A stretch of 64,000 nt of DNA from an uncultured virus (IMG/VR IMGVR_UViG_3300042560_002469) (lineage: Duplodnaviria > Heunggongvirae > Uroviricota > Caudoviricetes): IMG/VR virus record IMGVR_UViG_3300042560_002469. One strand, given 5' to 3'. Below the pieces are notes generated by a model. That model saw nothing but the letters and a program-made list of their open reading frames with translations. It was not told where the DNA came from and ran no database searches. Position 1 is the stretch's first letter. Each line of letters opens with the position of its first letter. A program made the translations under genes and the position numbers. Of this stretch, positions 55,143-64,000 are shown piece by piece.

Positions 55143-55165
55143 TCTTTTGGGCTGTTTTCTTGCTA

Positions 55166-55191
55166 GCCTCTCCTTACGGAGGGGCTTTTTT
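55166..55191 (+). terminator. Intrinsic terminator
   Basis: AGCCTCTCC-TTAC-GGAGGGGCT-TTTTT. Confidence 0.75.
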
Positions 55192-55602
55192 ATGAACATT
55201 CTTCAGCTTAGGGAAGTTGTAGTGGAACTTCTTGGAGCGGCCCCGAATTTGATTGGTACTTACATCCTGCCAAATAACAGCACCATTCCTGCAGTGTATG
55301 TTGTTGGACAGAAAAGCGTTCCAAGTGAATGGAAGGTGACTGGGCTAGAGGTGACAATGCGACAGTATCCAGAATTGTTACCGGCCTCTCCGTTAAGTGG
55401 CACTGTCAAGGTTTCGCAAATATGGGAAGTGGTATTGGTTCAATACAATCCAGATGGCAAGCAAATTGCAGAGGCGATGGAAAGAATGGTCAGGCGGTTT
55501 CCAGATTCTACGCCTCGCTATTTCCCTGGTGATGATGTAGCTTACGAGCGTTGTCGCTTTTCAATACCAGACCTTGTCCTCCATCGCCTTTATCCAGCAT
55601 GA
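55192..55602 (+). CDS. Putative tail terminator protein
   Basis: Position and size. Confidence 0.55.
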   Translation: MNILQLREVVVELLGAAPNLIGTYILPNNSTIPAVYVVGQKSVPSEWKVTGLEVTMRQYPELLPASPLSGTVKVSQIWEVVLVQYNPDGKQIAEAMERMVRRFPDSTPRYFPGDDVAYERCRFSIPDLVLHRLYPA

Positions 55603-56069
55603 GTGCAGTTATTGTTGGAGCAACATTGTCTAGCACCAAAAGACTTGAGGCTCAGTTGACTCAGGCTTTTGCCAACTGGGCACGAGAAGATGTTAACGAG
55701 TATTTTCGAGAGCAGTTTACAGAGCCAATTTGGCTATACAGCAGAGAGACCACTAGGCGCAATCCTGGCGCTCCAATTAAAGAAGCAGGATCTCCTCGAG
55801 ACATTTACGACTACGGCGAGCTGTACGAAAGTGGCAGAAACAGTTTTTCCATCTCACAAGGCGGTGTCAATATTTCTGCTTCTTGGCACTGGGATGCTAA
55901 AAACAGCTCTGGTCGTCCATACGCTTATTACGTTCACGAGGGAGAGGGTACGAACTACGGAAATCCTCGTCCCTGGACAGACGTTTTTATTGTGGGAAGC
56001 AAGTTTCAAGCCAGTCCTTTGCGGGCGGAGCTCATTTCTCGCATTAGAAGCGCATCAATGAGCCGATGA
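55599..56069 (+). CDS. Putative tail completion/neck protein
   Basis: 'PRDIYDYGEL', 'YAYYVHEG...PRPW'. Confidence 0.6.
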   Translation: MSAVIVGATLSSTKRLEAQLTQAFANWAREDVNEYFREQFTEPIWLYSRETTRRNPGAPIKEAGSPRDIYDYGELYESGRNSFSISQGGVNISASWHWDAKNSSGRPYAYYVHEGEGTNYGNPRPWTDVFIVGSKFQASPLRAELISRIRSASMSR

Positions 56070-56323
56070 AGATTGATTATTTGCATAGCGCCGACAATTT
56101 GGTTCACGCCATCAATATCAGCATTGATGGTGCCGCAATGGAAGTGGGCATCCTTTGTCTTATTTCCCATAGACAGGCGACCATTAGAATTGCGAACGAC
56201 TACCACTCGTTCCTCGTTGAAATACCTCCTCAGTTTCGCTCTAGTTTTGAGCGAGTGAAAGTGTTCAACGCTCTTCTCAACATTCTCGATCATGAGCAAA
56301 TACAGTTTTCTGCTGGAGACTAA
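56066..56323 (+). CDS. Hypothetical protein
   Basis: ATGA coupling. Confidence 0.5.
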   Translation: MKIDYLHSADNLVHAINISIDGAAMEVGILCLISHRQATIRIANDYHSFLVEIPPQFRSSFERVKVFNALLNILDHEQIQFSAGD

Positions 56324-56840
56324 GGAAGAAGGTTTTTGCGAGCTTCTGCCTGGCTTGCGCCTGAAAAAGTTTGGGGGATGGCTTGTTGCTGAGGCCATTG
56401 AGCAAGAGGAGATCGGCAAGCTTCAAAGCCAGGCGACGATCAAAGCTGTTCAATTGGCAAAAAGAATTGCCACTTCAAAGGGCATCAACTTGGACGAAGC
56501 TTTTGCCCTGCTCCAAGGCGGAGGTGGCACAATCAGCGAGGCAGAGCTTCTCTCCGAATTTACGGAAGAAACCCTGAGCATGCTGACAAGTGGCTCTTCT
56601 GTCGAAGCTACCAACGCGCGAATGGTCACTGCCTTTATTCGCTCTCGCGGACAAGGGTTGATCGATGGGGAATGGCGTGATATTGGAGATTGGAGCACAG
56701 AGGACACCAACGCGCTTCCACGTCGCATTATTGCCAAGGTGGTTGAATTTATCAGCTCTGAGCAGGAATCAGAAATGAAGGAGGCCGGAGAAGCAAAAAA
56801 AGCGTCGAAGAGGAATTCCCCTCCATCGCAGAACAGTTAG
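56292..56840 (+). CDS. Tail assembly chaperone (gpG-like)
   Basis: Upstream of tape measure; slippery A AAA AAA at 56795-56801. Confidence 0.75.
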   Translation: MSKYSFLLETKEEGFCELLPGLRLKKFGGWLVAEAIEQEEIGKLQSQATIKAVQLAKRIATSKGINLDEAFALLQGGGGTISEAELLSEFTEETLSMLTSGSSVEATNARMVTAFIRSRGQGLIDGEWRDIGDWSTEDTNALPRRIIAKVVEFISSEQESEMKEAGEAKKASKRNSPPSQNS

Positions 56841-57268
56841 AAGCCCAGGCCAGAAAGTTTCTGGCCTCAATGACAAATTGGAATGAGCTGTATTTTCGGC
56901 TTGTGTCTTCGGACTTTAGGGATGATCGCTGGAGCTCGCAAAATTTTGGCAGACAAAGACTAAAAGATGTTCAGGCTGCATTGAAATATCTGGAGAAGCA
57001 CGACATAGCGAAGTACAACATTCAAAGCATTGCGACGGCAAAGTTTGGCGCAATGGCGTCCACCATGATGGGCGGCAAGAAGGGTTCGATTAAGGCCGAC
57101 TACTTTTTACCGTTCGACGTTAAGAAGATTCAAAAAGAGGAGAGCGTCACTGGTGAAAGCATGGCCGTACTACAACGATTGATGAAGCAGAGACGAATGG
57201 ATGGAAGGGTGATTGCGCTGCTTGCTGACGAGCTCAAGACATTCAGCAGCCGTAACCAGGACCAATGA
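56801..57268 (+). CDS. Tail assembly chaperone -1 extension (gpT-like)
   Basis: Open from the slippery site (SVEEEFPSIAEQLEAQARKFLAS) into 56870-57268. Confidence 0.7.
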   Translation, partial: SVEEEFPSIAEQLEAQARKFLASMTNWNELYFRLVSSDFRDDRWSSQNFGRQRLKDVQAALKYLEKHDIAKYNIQSIATAKFGAMASTMMGGKKGSIKADYFLPFDVKKIQKEESVTGESMAVLQRLMKQRRMDGRVIALLADELKTFSSRNQDQ

Positions 57269-57298
57269 TTATAGAATTGACAAGGTAGGGATTTGAGA

Positions 57299-60200
57299 AT
57301 GGCAGTTCAAGACGCCGATCTGAAACTTAGGGTAAGTCTTGACCTGGCATTTTTTCGCCAGCAGCTTTCTGGGCTTGGACAAGCGGCGGCTGGGTATAAC
57401 TTGCCGATCAACGTTCGCTTTGATCGACGAGCAATTCAAAACGAGCTGAATGCGTTAGGCGCAAATATTCGACGCAGAAGGTACGACCTTGAGGTTAATA
57501 CAAATTTAAGCGCAGAAATTCTTAAGGCGCAAAAGCTTGCTGAAGCGCTGCGCAATTTACCTTCGGGCGGAGGAACTGGCGGAACTTCGGGAGTCGTTCA
57601 AAAAGGCTTCACTCAAGAGGCTCTCAAGCAGTTAAAGCCAGATCAAATTAAGCGACTTTACAGAGCCGCTGCAGACGCCGGTTTCTTGGCATTTCAAGAA
57701 GGAATCGCAAATAATAAACAAAAGATTGCGAAAGACCTGAGCCAGGTAGGGCAAGATTCGATTGCTGGCTTGCTCAATGGTTTGCAAAGTGGAGACGAAA
57801 AGATTAGGGCCGCTGCAGCAGATCTAGGCATTGGCTTGATCAGAGCCATCAAAGATACGCTTGGCATTGCAAGCCCCTCTAAAGAGACAGGAAAGCTTGG
57901 CAAATTTGCGGCCGAAGGCTTTGAAAAGGGCTTTATTACCAGCATGGTCAAGGCTGAGCGGCAAATGGCCCAAGCCATTCGTTCGGCCGTCATTGGCGCC
58001 CTCAGGGAAGGATTAAGCAATCTGCCTGGACTGGGTGGTGCCCTGGTTGGATTCGAGCGCCAGCTAGCTACCAGCGTGCAACTTGCTGTACGCAAGGCGA
58101 TGCGGGAAGGAATTTCTGCCTCCATTGTCCCAGGACTAAAAGGCGGAGCCGTCGGAGCATTGGGAGGAGCTGCCACTGGTGCGGCGATGGGCGGGGCAAA
58201 GGCCCTAGGTGGCGCGGCTACCGGGGGGCTTGCGAAATTAGGTGCTGGCGGAATATTTGGACTGGCAGGTCAAATGGGAAGGCTTGCCATTGGAGACACC
58301 AGTGGGCTGACGGCCTTTATCCAAGAAACGGTTGCTCATATTGTCCACACCGCCATGAGCAGTGGCGGGCAAGGGGCTCTTATTGGAGCTGCTGCAGTTG
58401 GTGGCGTTGCGGGAGCTGCGGGCTTCGCAAGAGGAGCCACTGGATCCCTGGTTCTTCAGGCGGCCACCGCCATTCGAAACAGAATTTTAGCCGCATTGCT
58501 TGCCGTGTCTAGCGGCTCGATGAACAATGTGGTTCAAGTGATGGTGAGGGATATAACTACATCGCTCTTCCGTGGAATTCAGCGTCAGTTAAAGGCAGCT
58601 ACGGCATCTCTCCCTCCCATTGATTGGCCTGCAATGCGCCCATCTAGGGGCGGGGTGTCGACGGCCGGAACAATGGCATTGCCTGCTGGGCGTCAATTTG
58701 CGGGACTTCCTGGCTCTGCTTTTGCCTCGCAGAAAAGGCTCGTTGGCGACATCCTGAATGCTGGCCTTAAAGAAGCTTTGCGCGGCGCTGCAAATGCTTT
58801 TGTTGATGCTGTTCGTGACGGACTGAACAGTGCTGTTCGCGCTGTCAATGTTCGCGATCTTGGTACGGCGGGCAGGCCAATGCTTGGCGGCACTCGAGTG
58901 GCAGGTTTCTTGCCCCAAGGTGTTGGTCGCGCACCAGCAGGCTATTCATCTGGGCGACTTGGACGCGACGGGGAGAGTCGAGCTGAGATGTTCGCTCGTC
59001 GCGAGCGTGAAGCACGCGTCAGGTCTGCGTTGAGAGGCGTCGACATTATGGGAGGCGGTGGAGGACGCGGCGCAGCTCCCTATAGCTACGCATATCGCTC
59101 AGCGCGTCCCCAGAGCGCAATTGTGCCCTATGCCGCTCCAGGGGCAATTGTCCCCACCCCGTCGAGAGTTGGTGGAGGAGGGGCTATCCCTCCTGGTGGC
59201 GGCGGAGGCAGAGGAGGCGGCGCCGGCGGCGGAGATTTCTTTGGTGCAATTGGCAAGGTTTCACTGCCTGGCGCTGGTTTAATCAACGAACTTGGTAGCG
59301 AGTTTGCATTTGCCACCAAACAAGTGCTGCTGTTTGGCCAGGCCTATAAATTGCTTGCATTCTTGCAGGATTTCCCGGGACAAGTTGGCAATGCCGTAGG
59401 TCAGCTACAAAGTTTCAGGAACACCCTGAATAACATTTCTCCATCGGCCAAGGAAGCAGCCCTCTCAAACCAGTTCATTCTGGACATCGTTGATCGTTAT
59501 AACGTTCCTCTCCAGTCCGCACGCGATGGCTTTACGAAGCTTTACGCTTCCATGGCCCCTGCTGGATTCAATGGGGAGCAAATTCGTGGCCTCTTCACTG
59601 GAATCAGCCAGGCGGCAGCAACATTTGGGATGAGTGCCGACAAAGTTGATCGAGTCAATTACGCGTTCGCTCAAATGGCCAGCAAGGGCCAGGTGATGAG
59701 CGAAGAATTGAAAGGGCAGTTGGGCGATGTTCTTCCTGGCGCGATGGCCATTTTTGCCGAAGCAGCAGGCTTTAAGGGGCCAGATGCAATTCAAAAATTC
59801 TCGGCTGCCCTAGAAGATGGGGTATATAAGGGCAAGGCTATGAACGTGCTCTTGAACAACGTAGGCGTTGTCATGAGCAAAGAATTTGGCCCCGGCGCCG
59901 AGGGCGCTGCGCGAACCTTCCAGGGTGCAATCAATCGCATGCAAAATTCGCTCAGGCTTCTTTATGAAAGCTTTGAACCAGTAGCGATTGGCTTCTTGAA
60001 CAGTGTCGTCGTACCACTTACAAGTGGCATCAAGACAATCACTGATGGTTTCAATGCTTTCTTTACTGGCACTCAGGCAAAAACCGCAGGAGGCATGGCC
60101 TTTGCAAAAGAACTTGAAAACCTTAAGCCGTCACTGGAAGGCATTGGTAACAATCTGAAAGAATTAGTCCCTTCCTTTCAAATGTTTGGCAGTGTTTTAT

Positions 60201-62380
60201 TGAATGCCGCAAAAGTCTTGACTGCAATTGCAGGCAATCCAATCACTGGATTTTTATTAAAAATTTACGCCAATGTTTTGTTGTTAAATACTGCGTTTAC
60301 CTTGCTAGGTGGGCGCGTTCTTGTTGGGTTAATTGCGTCAATTAGCACTGCAACCGCAAGATTTATCGCTCTTAATGTCTCTGTCGCCTCTTTGCAGCGA
60401 ACTAGCGCCGTCGCTAACTCCACGCTGGCCGGAACTCAGTTGCAAATGGCACTTCTAACTCGCAGCGCGACCACTGCTGTTGGTCCTTTGACTGCGGTTC
60501 GGGCTGCACTGGCTGGCATCGCAGCCTTTGGAGTGATTAGTGTCGCTGTAGCAATAAGTATTAGTGGACTACAGGAGACACTTGCCGCTAATGCAGAGTT
60601 GCAAAAACTTCGTGGACGCGCTGCTTCTGGGGGTGCCACGGCAATGCTGCAAGGCGCAACAAAAGAAGAGGTTGCGAGACAGCAAGGAGTTGCAAGAAAA
60701 GTCTTGTCCAACGAGAAGCAAAAATTGCAACAGTTAAATAAGCCTTCGGCTCGACTGATGCAACAACTTAACGTTGGTGGGGTCTTGAGGCCCTTTGGCG
60801 TTGAAAGCGTTGTAGGCGCAGAAGAGAAGCGTCGCTTAGCAGCGGCAAGAATGGCTTCTGCTCGGGACGTTCTTTCTGTCAGTCAATCTGGACGCCGATC
60901 TGAGGTGCCAGTTGTACCCAGTGCAGCGCTGATGCCAGTTGATTTACAGGGTGGCGATGAAAAGAAAAAAAAGAAAGGAGCGGACAAGGCCGCGAGGGAA
61001 GCCGAGCGACTCAGAGAGCAAATTGCAAAACAAGCCCAAGCCGCTTCCGATGCTTTATTCGCGGAACAGCAGCGACTCTTGGTTCTTCAGCAAACCAATC
61101 CAATAGCCAAAGCATTCGCTGAGTATTCCAGTAAGGAAGTAGCAATTCAGCGTGAGTTGAACAAAGCACTGCAAGAGGCAAAAGGCGCGAAAGAGAAAGA
61201 GGATATCAAAGAAGCATCGCGTCTTCAAAGCATCACCAATTCTTTGGAGCTTGAACAGGCAATTAAAGATGTAAGGGAAGAGGCTCTTAAGCCTGTTGAG
61301 GATTTATTAAAGAGTCAGAGAGAGCAATTGCAATACGAGCAAGATGTTGAAAAACTCATGGCAGAGGGCATGCTGCCAGAAAGGGCCAAGCAGGTGGCCG
61401 AAGTACGCAAACTTGTGCGAGCACAACTAGAGAGCCTGGATCTTTCCATTGCCAATGCGAAGGCTGCCATTGCAGATGCTGAAGCCAGAAAAGTTTCTGC
61501 CGATCAAGTCGATCGACTTAGAAAAGCGCTGGCAGACCTTGAAGCTGCACGAGGAGGAATCACGGCAAAAGGAGCGACTGCTGAAGCTGGCGTTCCTATT
61601 GACAAGGAAAAGAAAAAAAGTCCGATGGAATTTATTAAAGAAGCATCTGTTGGCGCACAGGAAGAATTGGCAAAGTTATCCAATTGGGGCTATCAAGTGG
61701 CAGAAGGGGCCAAAGCCATTGGCTCCGCCTTTGGCCAAGCATTCAAGGATATTGCCAGTGGCTCCAAAACTACGCAAGAGGCACTGGCTTCCATGTTCCA
61801 GAGTATTGCCGATCATTTCTTTGACATGGCAGCGCAAATCATTTCGCAAATGCTGATCATGTACACACTCAAGTTGGTCCTTGGACTTTTTGGTGGCGGC
61901 GTTAGTGGTGGTTTCTCAAGTAATGCTGCAGGATTTGGAGGTTCGTTTGACGCAGGAATTCCAGGGCTGTCGGGCGCTCCTAATTACAGCGGGGCTTTCA
62001 AATTTGCCGAGGGAGGATTTGTAATGGGTCCAACTCAGGCCCTTATTGGCGAGGGTGGTGAATCGGAATATGTCATTCCCGCTAGCAAGATGCGTTCGGC
62101 CATGAATCGCTATGCTTCAGGCGCTCGTGGCTCTGCAGTGATCCCTGGCAATGGAGAGAGTGATGGAGGGCCGACAAGCGGCCTGGCAGCAATGAATGCC
62201 TCTTCCATCGACGTGCGCTACACCGTGGAACGCATCAACTCCGTTGATTACGTCACCGCCGACCAGTTCCGCGCTGGCATGGCACAAGCCGCACAACAAG
62301 GTGCCACGCAAGGCGAACAGCGCACCCTGCGCCGTCTGCAGCAGTCCCGCGCCACCCGTAGCCGCCTCGGCATGAACTGA
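57299..62380 (+). CDS. Tape measure protein
   Basis: About 1690 aa, A/G-rich helical; 'QMASKGQVMSEEL..QL', 'LGIASPSK', 'FAEGG.V.GPT..LIGEGG..EYVIP'. Confidence 0.92.
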   Translation: MAVQDADLKLRVSLDLAFFRQQLSGLGQAAAGYNLPINVRFDRRAIQNELNALGANIRRRRYDLEVNTNLSAEILKAQKLAEALRNLPSGGGTGGTSGVVQKGFTQEALKQLKPDQIKRLYRAAADAGFLAFQEGIANNKQKIAKDLSQVGQDSIAGLLNGLQSGDEKIRAAAADLGIGLIRAIKDTLGIASPSKETGKLGKFAAEGFEKGFITSMVKAERQMAQAIRSAVIGALREGLSNLPGLGGALVGFERQLATSVQLAVRKAMREGISASIVPGLKGGAVGALGGAATGAAMGGAKALGGAATGGLAKLGAGGIFGLAGQMGRLAIGDTSGLTAFIQETVAHIVHTAMSSGGQGALIGAAAVGGVAGAAGFARGATGSLVLQAATAIRNRILAALLAVSSGSMNNVVQVMVRDITTSLFRGIQRQLKAATASLPPIDWPAMRPSRGGVSTAGTMALPAGRQFAGLPGSAFASQKRLVGDILNAGLKEALRGAANAFVDAVRDGLNSAVRAVNVRDLGTAGRPMLGGTRVAGFLPQGVGRAPAGYSSGRLGRDGESRAEMFARREREARVRSALRGVDIMGGGGGRGAAPYSYAYRSARPQSAIVPYAAPGAIVPTPSRVGGGGAIPPGGGGGRGGGAGGGDFFGAIGKVSLPGAGLINELGSEFAFATKQVLLFGQAYKLLAFLQDFPGQVGNAVGQLQSFRNTLNNISPSAKEAALSNQFILDIVDRYNVPLQSARDGFTKLYASMAPAGFNGEQIRGLFTGISQAAATFGMSADKVDRVNYAFAQMASKGQVMSEELKGQLGDVLPGAMAIFAEAAGFKGPDAIQKFSAALEDGVYKGKAMNVLLNNVGVVMSKEFGPGAEGAARTFQGAINRMQNSLRLLYESFEPVAIGFLNSVVVPLTSGIKTITDGFNAFFTGTQAKTAGGMAFAKELENLKPSLEGIGNNLKELVPSFQMFGSVLLNAAKVLTAIAGNPITGFLLKIYANVLLLNTAFTLLGGRVLVGLIASISTATARFIALNVSVASLQRTSAVANSTLAGTQLQMALLTRSATTAVGPLTAVRAALAGIAAFGVISVAVAISISGLQETLAANAELQKLRGRAASGGATAMLQGATKEEVARQQGVARKVLSNEKQKLQQLNKPSARLMQQLNVGGVLRPFGVESVVGAEEKRRLAAARMASARDVLSVSQSGRRSEVPVVPSAALMPVDLQGGDEKKKKKGADKAAREAERLREQIAKQAQAASDALFAEQQRLLVLQQTNPIAKAFAEYSSKEVAIQRELNKALQEAKGAKEKEDIKEASRLQSITNSLELEQAIKDVREEALKPVEDLLKSQREQLQYEQDVEKLMAEGMLPERAKQVAEVRKLVRAQLESLDLSIANAKAAIADAEARKVSADQVDRLRKALADLEAARGGITAKGATAEAGVPIDKEKKKSPMEFIKEASVGAQEELAKLSNWGYQVAEGAKAIGSAFGQAFKDIASGSKTTQEALASMFQSIADHFFDMAAQIISQMLIMYTLKLVLGLFGGGVSGGFSSNAAGFGGSFDAGIPGLSGAPNYSGAFKFAEGGFVMGPTQALIGEGGESEYVIPASKMRSAMNRYASGARGSAVIPGNGESDGGPTSGLAAMNASSIDVRYTVERINSVDYVTADQFRAGMAQAAQQGATQGEQRTLRRLQQSRATRSRLGMN

Positions 62381-62868
62381 TGGACACCAGCTTCAAGACT
62401 GAAATAGCCCTAGGTCACATGCTGACGGCCAAGCCCCGCACGGCTGGCGCCGCCCCGCTTTACTTCCAGAACTTCTGGATTAACGAAAACGTCGCCTACA
62501 ACGGCAACACCCACGGCTTCCTGCCTTTCGGCTTCTCTGGCGTCACTGTCAACCGCAGCGGCGACAACCAGTCCACGCAACTGGCGCTACCTAACAACTC
62601 CCTCAGCCGTAGCTGGGCCTCAACGCTGGTCGATGGTAGCTGGGTGGTGATGGTGGACATGCTGATGCTCAACCCCGACAATAAGGCCGACTACCGCGTG
62701 CTCAGCTCCTACGCAGGTCAAGTGGCCGGCGCCATCTGGAGCGACGCCGAACTCCGCTTGGAGATCTCCTCTGTCATCGACGCCGTTGGTGGTGACGTGC
62801 CGAGACGCCGCATCACTGAAGACGTGTTTGGCCCGCTGCCCACCACTGCACAGGTCCGCCTGAGCTGA
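62380..62868 (+). CDS. Minor tail protein
   Basis: Follows TMP; 'FLPFGFSG', 'SSVIDAVG.DVPRR'. Confidence 0.7.
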   Translation: MDTSFKTEIALGHMLTAKPRTAGAAPLYFQNFWINENVAYNGNTHGFLPFGFSGVTVNRSGDNQSTQLALPNNSLSRSWASTLVDGSWVVMVDMLMLNPDNKADYRVLSSYAGQVAGAIWSDAELRLEISSVIDAVGGDVPRRRITEDVFGPLPTTAQVRLS

Positions 62869-63248
62869 TGTACGACCTGATCGGTCGCCCGTACCGCCTC
62901 GGCGCAGACGGCACCGACCCTGATGGCGCCATTGACTGCATCCACCTCGTCTACACAGCCCTCGATCGCCTCAGCATCACCACTCCCGCCTTCGACCCCT
63001 GCTGGTACGACGCCCCACCTCGTCAAATCCTCAAGGCTATCCACGGCTGGGGACGCCGCGTGCTAGATCCTTTGTATGATGGAGACGTGGTTCTCCTACC
63101 ACACAAGAATTACGCTTTCGGGACAGTTTGGCAGGACGGCATCCTCTACATAACAGCCAGTCTGCAAGCGGCCACTTGGCACCCGCTTACGGCGTTTCCT
63201 GCACTCCGCTGCTACCGCAGCAACTGCTCCCTTACGAGCGCCAATTAG
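62868..63248 (+). CDS. NlpC/P60-like tail tip assembly protein
   Basis: 'DLIGRPYRLGA...IDCIHLV...GDVVL'. Confidence 0.7.
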   Translation: MYDLIGRPYRLGADGTDPDGAIDCIHLVYTALDRLSITTPAFDPCWYDAPPRQILKAIHGWGRRVLDPLYDGDVVLLPHKNYAFGTVWQDGILYITASLQAATWHPLTAFPALRCYRSNCSLTSAN

Positions 63249-64000
63249 TCCAAGAGCTGGGCTGTACCGAACAGGAATATCTCCAATTCAAGCAACGCAT
63301 CGACTGGCTCAGCCGCGAACGTCCGGCGGAATATGCACATATTCCAGACGTACAAAACGATGCTTTAACTGTTGCGATTATTTCACTGGTTCTCGGCGTC
63401 GTTTCCCAAGGCCTTTCGCTGCTACTGGCGCCCAAGCCGCCATCGGCGCCCAAAGGGATTGAAAACCGGCAGCTAGATAGCATCGTCGGCCGTGACCGCT
63501 TCGCCCCGACATACGGCTTCCAGGCCAGCCAAGAACTAAGCCGCTACGGCGAAACGATTCCCATTGTCTTCGCCAGGCAAAAGTACGTCCAGCTCCCTCC
63601 TAGCCGCAGCGACTTTTCCTACGTCGGTGGCATCATGGTCGCCCCCAAGCTGGTGTGGAGTCGCATGTACTCCCACGGCAGCTACCAGTCCGTCGACTTG
63701 GTCTTCCTACTGGGGCAGTCTCCTGTATCCAGAGGCCCATACGACACAGAAGCAGCCCGCAACGAAGACCGCGCTGGTATTTACATCGGCCAAGCTCCTC
63801 TTGATGCCCTCCAAGAATCTGACTTCCGGTGGTATTACTATTCCGGCGGTGAGCCAGTGCCAAATAGCTCTGACTATCGACCAGCAACATTTGAGGGCAA
63901 CAAAAATACAACCGGGCAAAGCAGGCTTCTGGGACTCCATCGCCGCTACGGAGATTTCTGGATTGGCGAAGGCGAACGCGACAACGCATTTAGAAACCAC
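63176..64000 (+). CDS. Tail tip / central tail fibre protein (partial; start uncertain)
   Basis: Read by hand: 'LLPYERQLVQELG...AHIPDVQN...LLAPKP...QELSRYGETIPIVF...PKLVWSRMYS'; runs off the window. Confidence 0.75.
   Translation, partial: MAPAYGVSCTPLLPQQLLPYERQLVQELGCTEQEYLQFKQRIDWLSRERPAEYAHIPDVQNDALTVAIISLVLGVVSQGLSLLLAPKPPSAPKGIENRQLDSIVGRDRFAPTYGFQASQELSRYGETIPIVFARQKYVQLPPSRSDFSYVGGIMVAPKLVWSRMYSHGSYQSVDLVFLLGQSPVSRGPYDTEAARNEDRAGIYIGQAPLDALQESDFRWYYYSGGEPVPNSSDYRPATFEGNKNTTGQSRLLGLHRRYGDFWIGEGERDNAFRNH

Noticed and set aside
60961..60980. A AAA AAG in the tape measure gene
   Set aside because: Falls in a poly-Lys run with no strong downstream structure

Overview
The window is most of the genome of a long-tailed dsDNA phage (siphovirus-type tail module, HK97-fold capsid). 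It begins in tail-fibre genes and ends in the tail-tip gene, so the missing part is probably more tail genes. A picocyanobacterial host is inferred from the cyanophage-type class I RNR, ThyX, a glutamine-II riboswitch, a DUF4278 peptide and a cyanobacterial-type integrase. Order: tail fibre / island of modular ORFs plus tyrosine recombinase (2.9-5.9 kb) / fibre assembly and structural genes / lysis / nucleotide metabolism and recombination (ThyX, Dcd, exonuclease, Sak3-like SSAP) / primase-helicase / a second, inverted array of modular ORFs (19.4-22.8 kb) / TerS candidate, ncRNA, RlpA / individually promoted early genes / repeat-rich putative terminus or origin region (32.2-34.8 kb) / RNR / TerL / portal, glycosyltransferase, radical SAM / head / tail. 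No DNA polymerase, reverse transcriptase or CRISPR array was seen. Main hunt result: besides the usual tail-chaperone frameshift, three more genes (SSAP, GT4-GT25 glycosyltransferase, a DUF6496-type head-module gene) carry in-frame -1 slippery heptamers with strong hairpins 4-7 nt downstream, placed at stop codons or domain junctions. Other leads are a ~195-nt multi-stem ncRNA, mosaic ORF arrays with candidate recombination sites, a covarying structured motif present twice, and a 34-bp-period repeat array. All family assignments come from motif recognition by eye; no searches were run.
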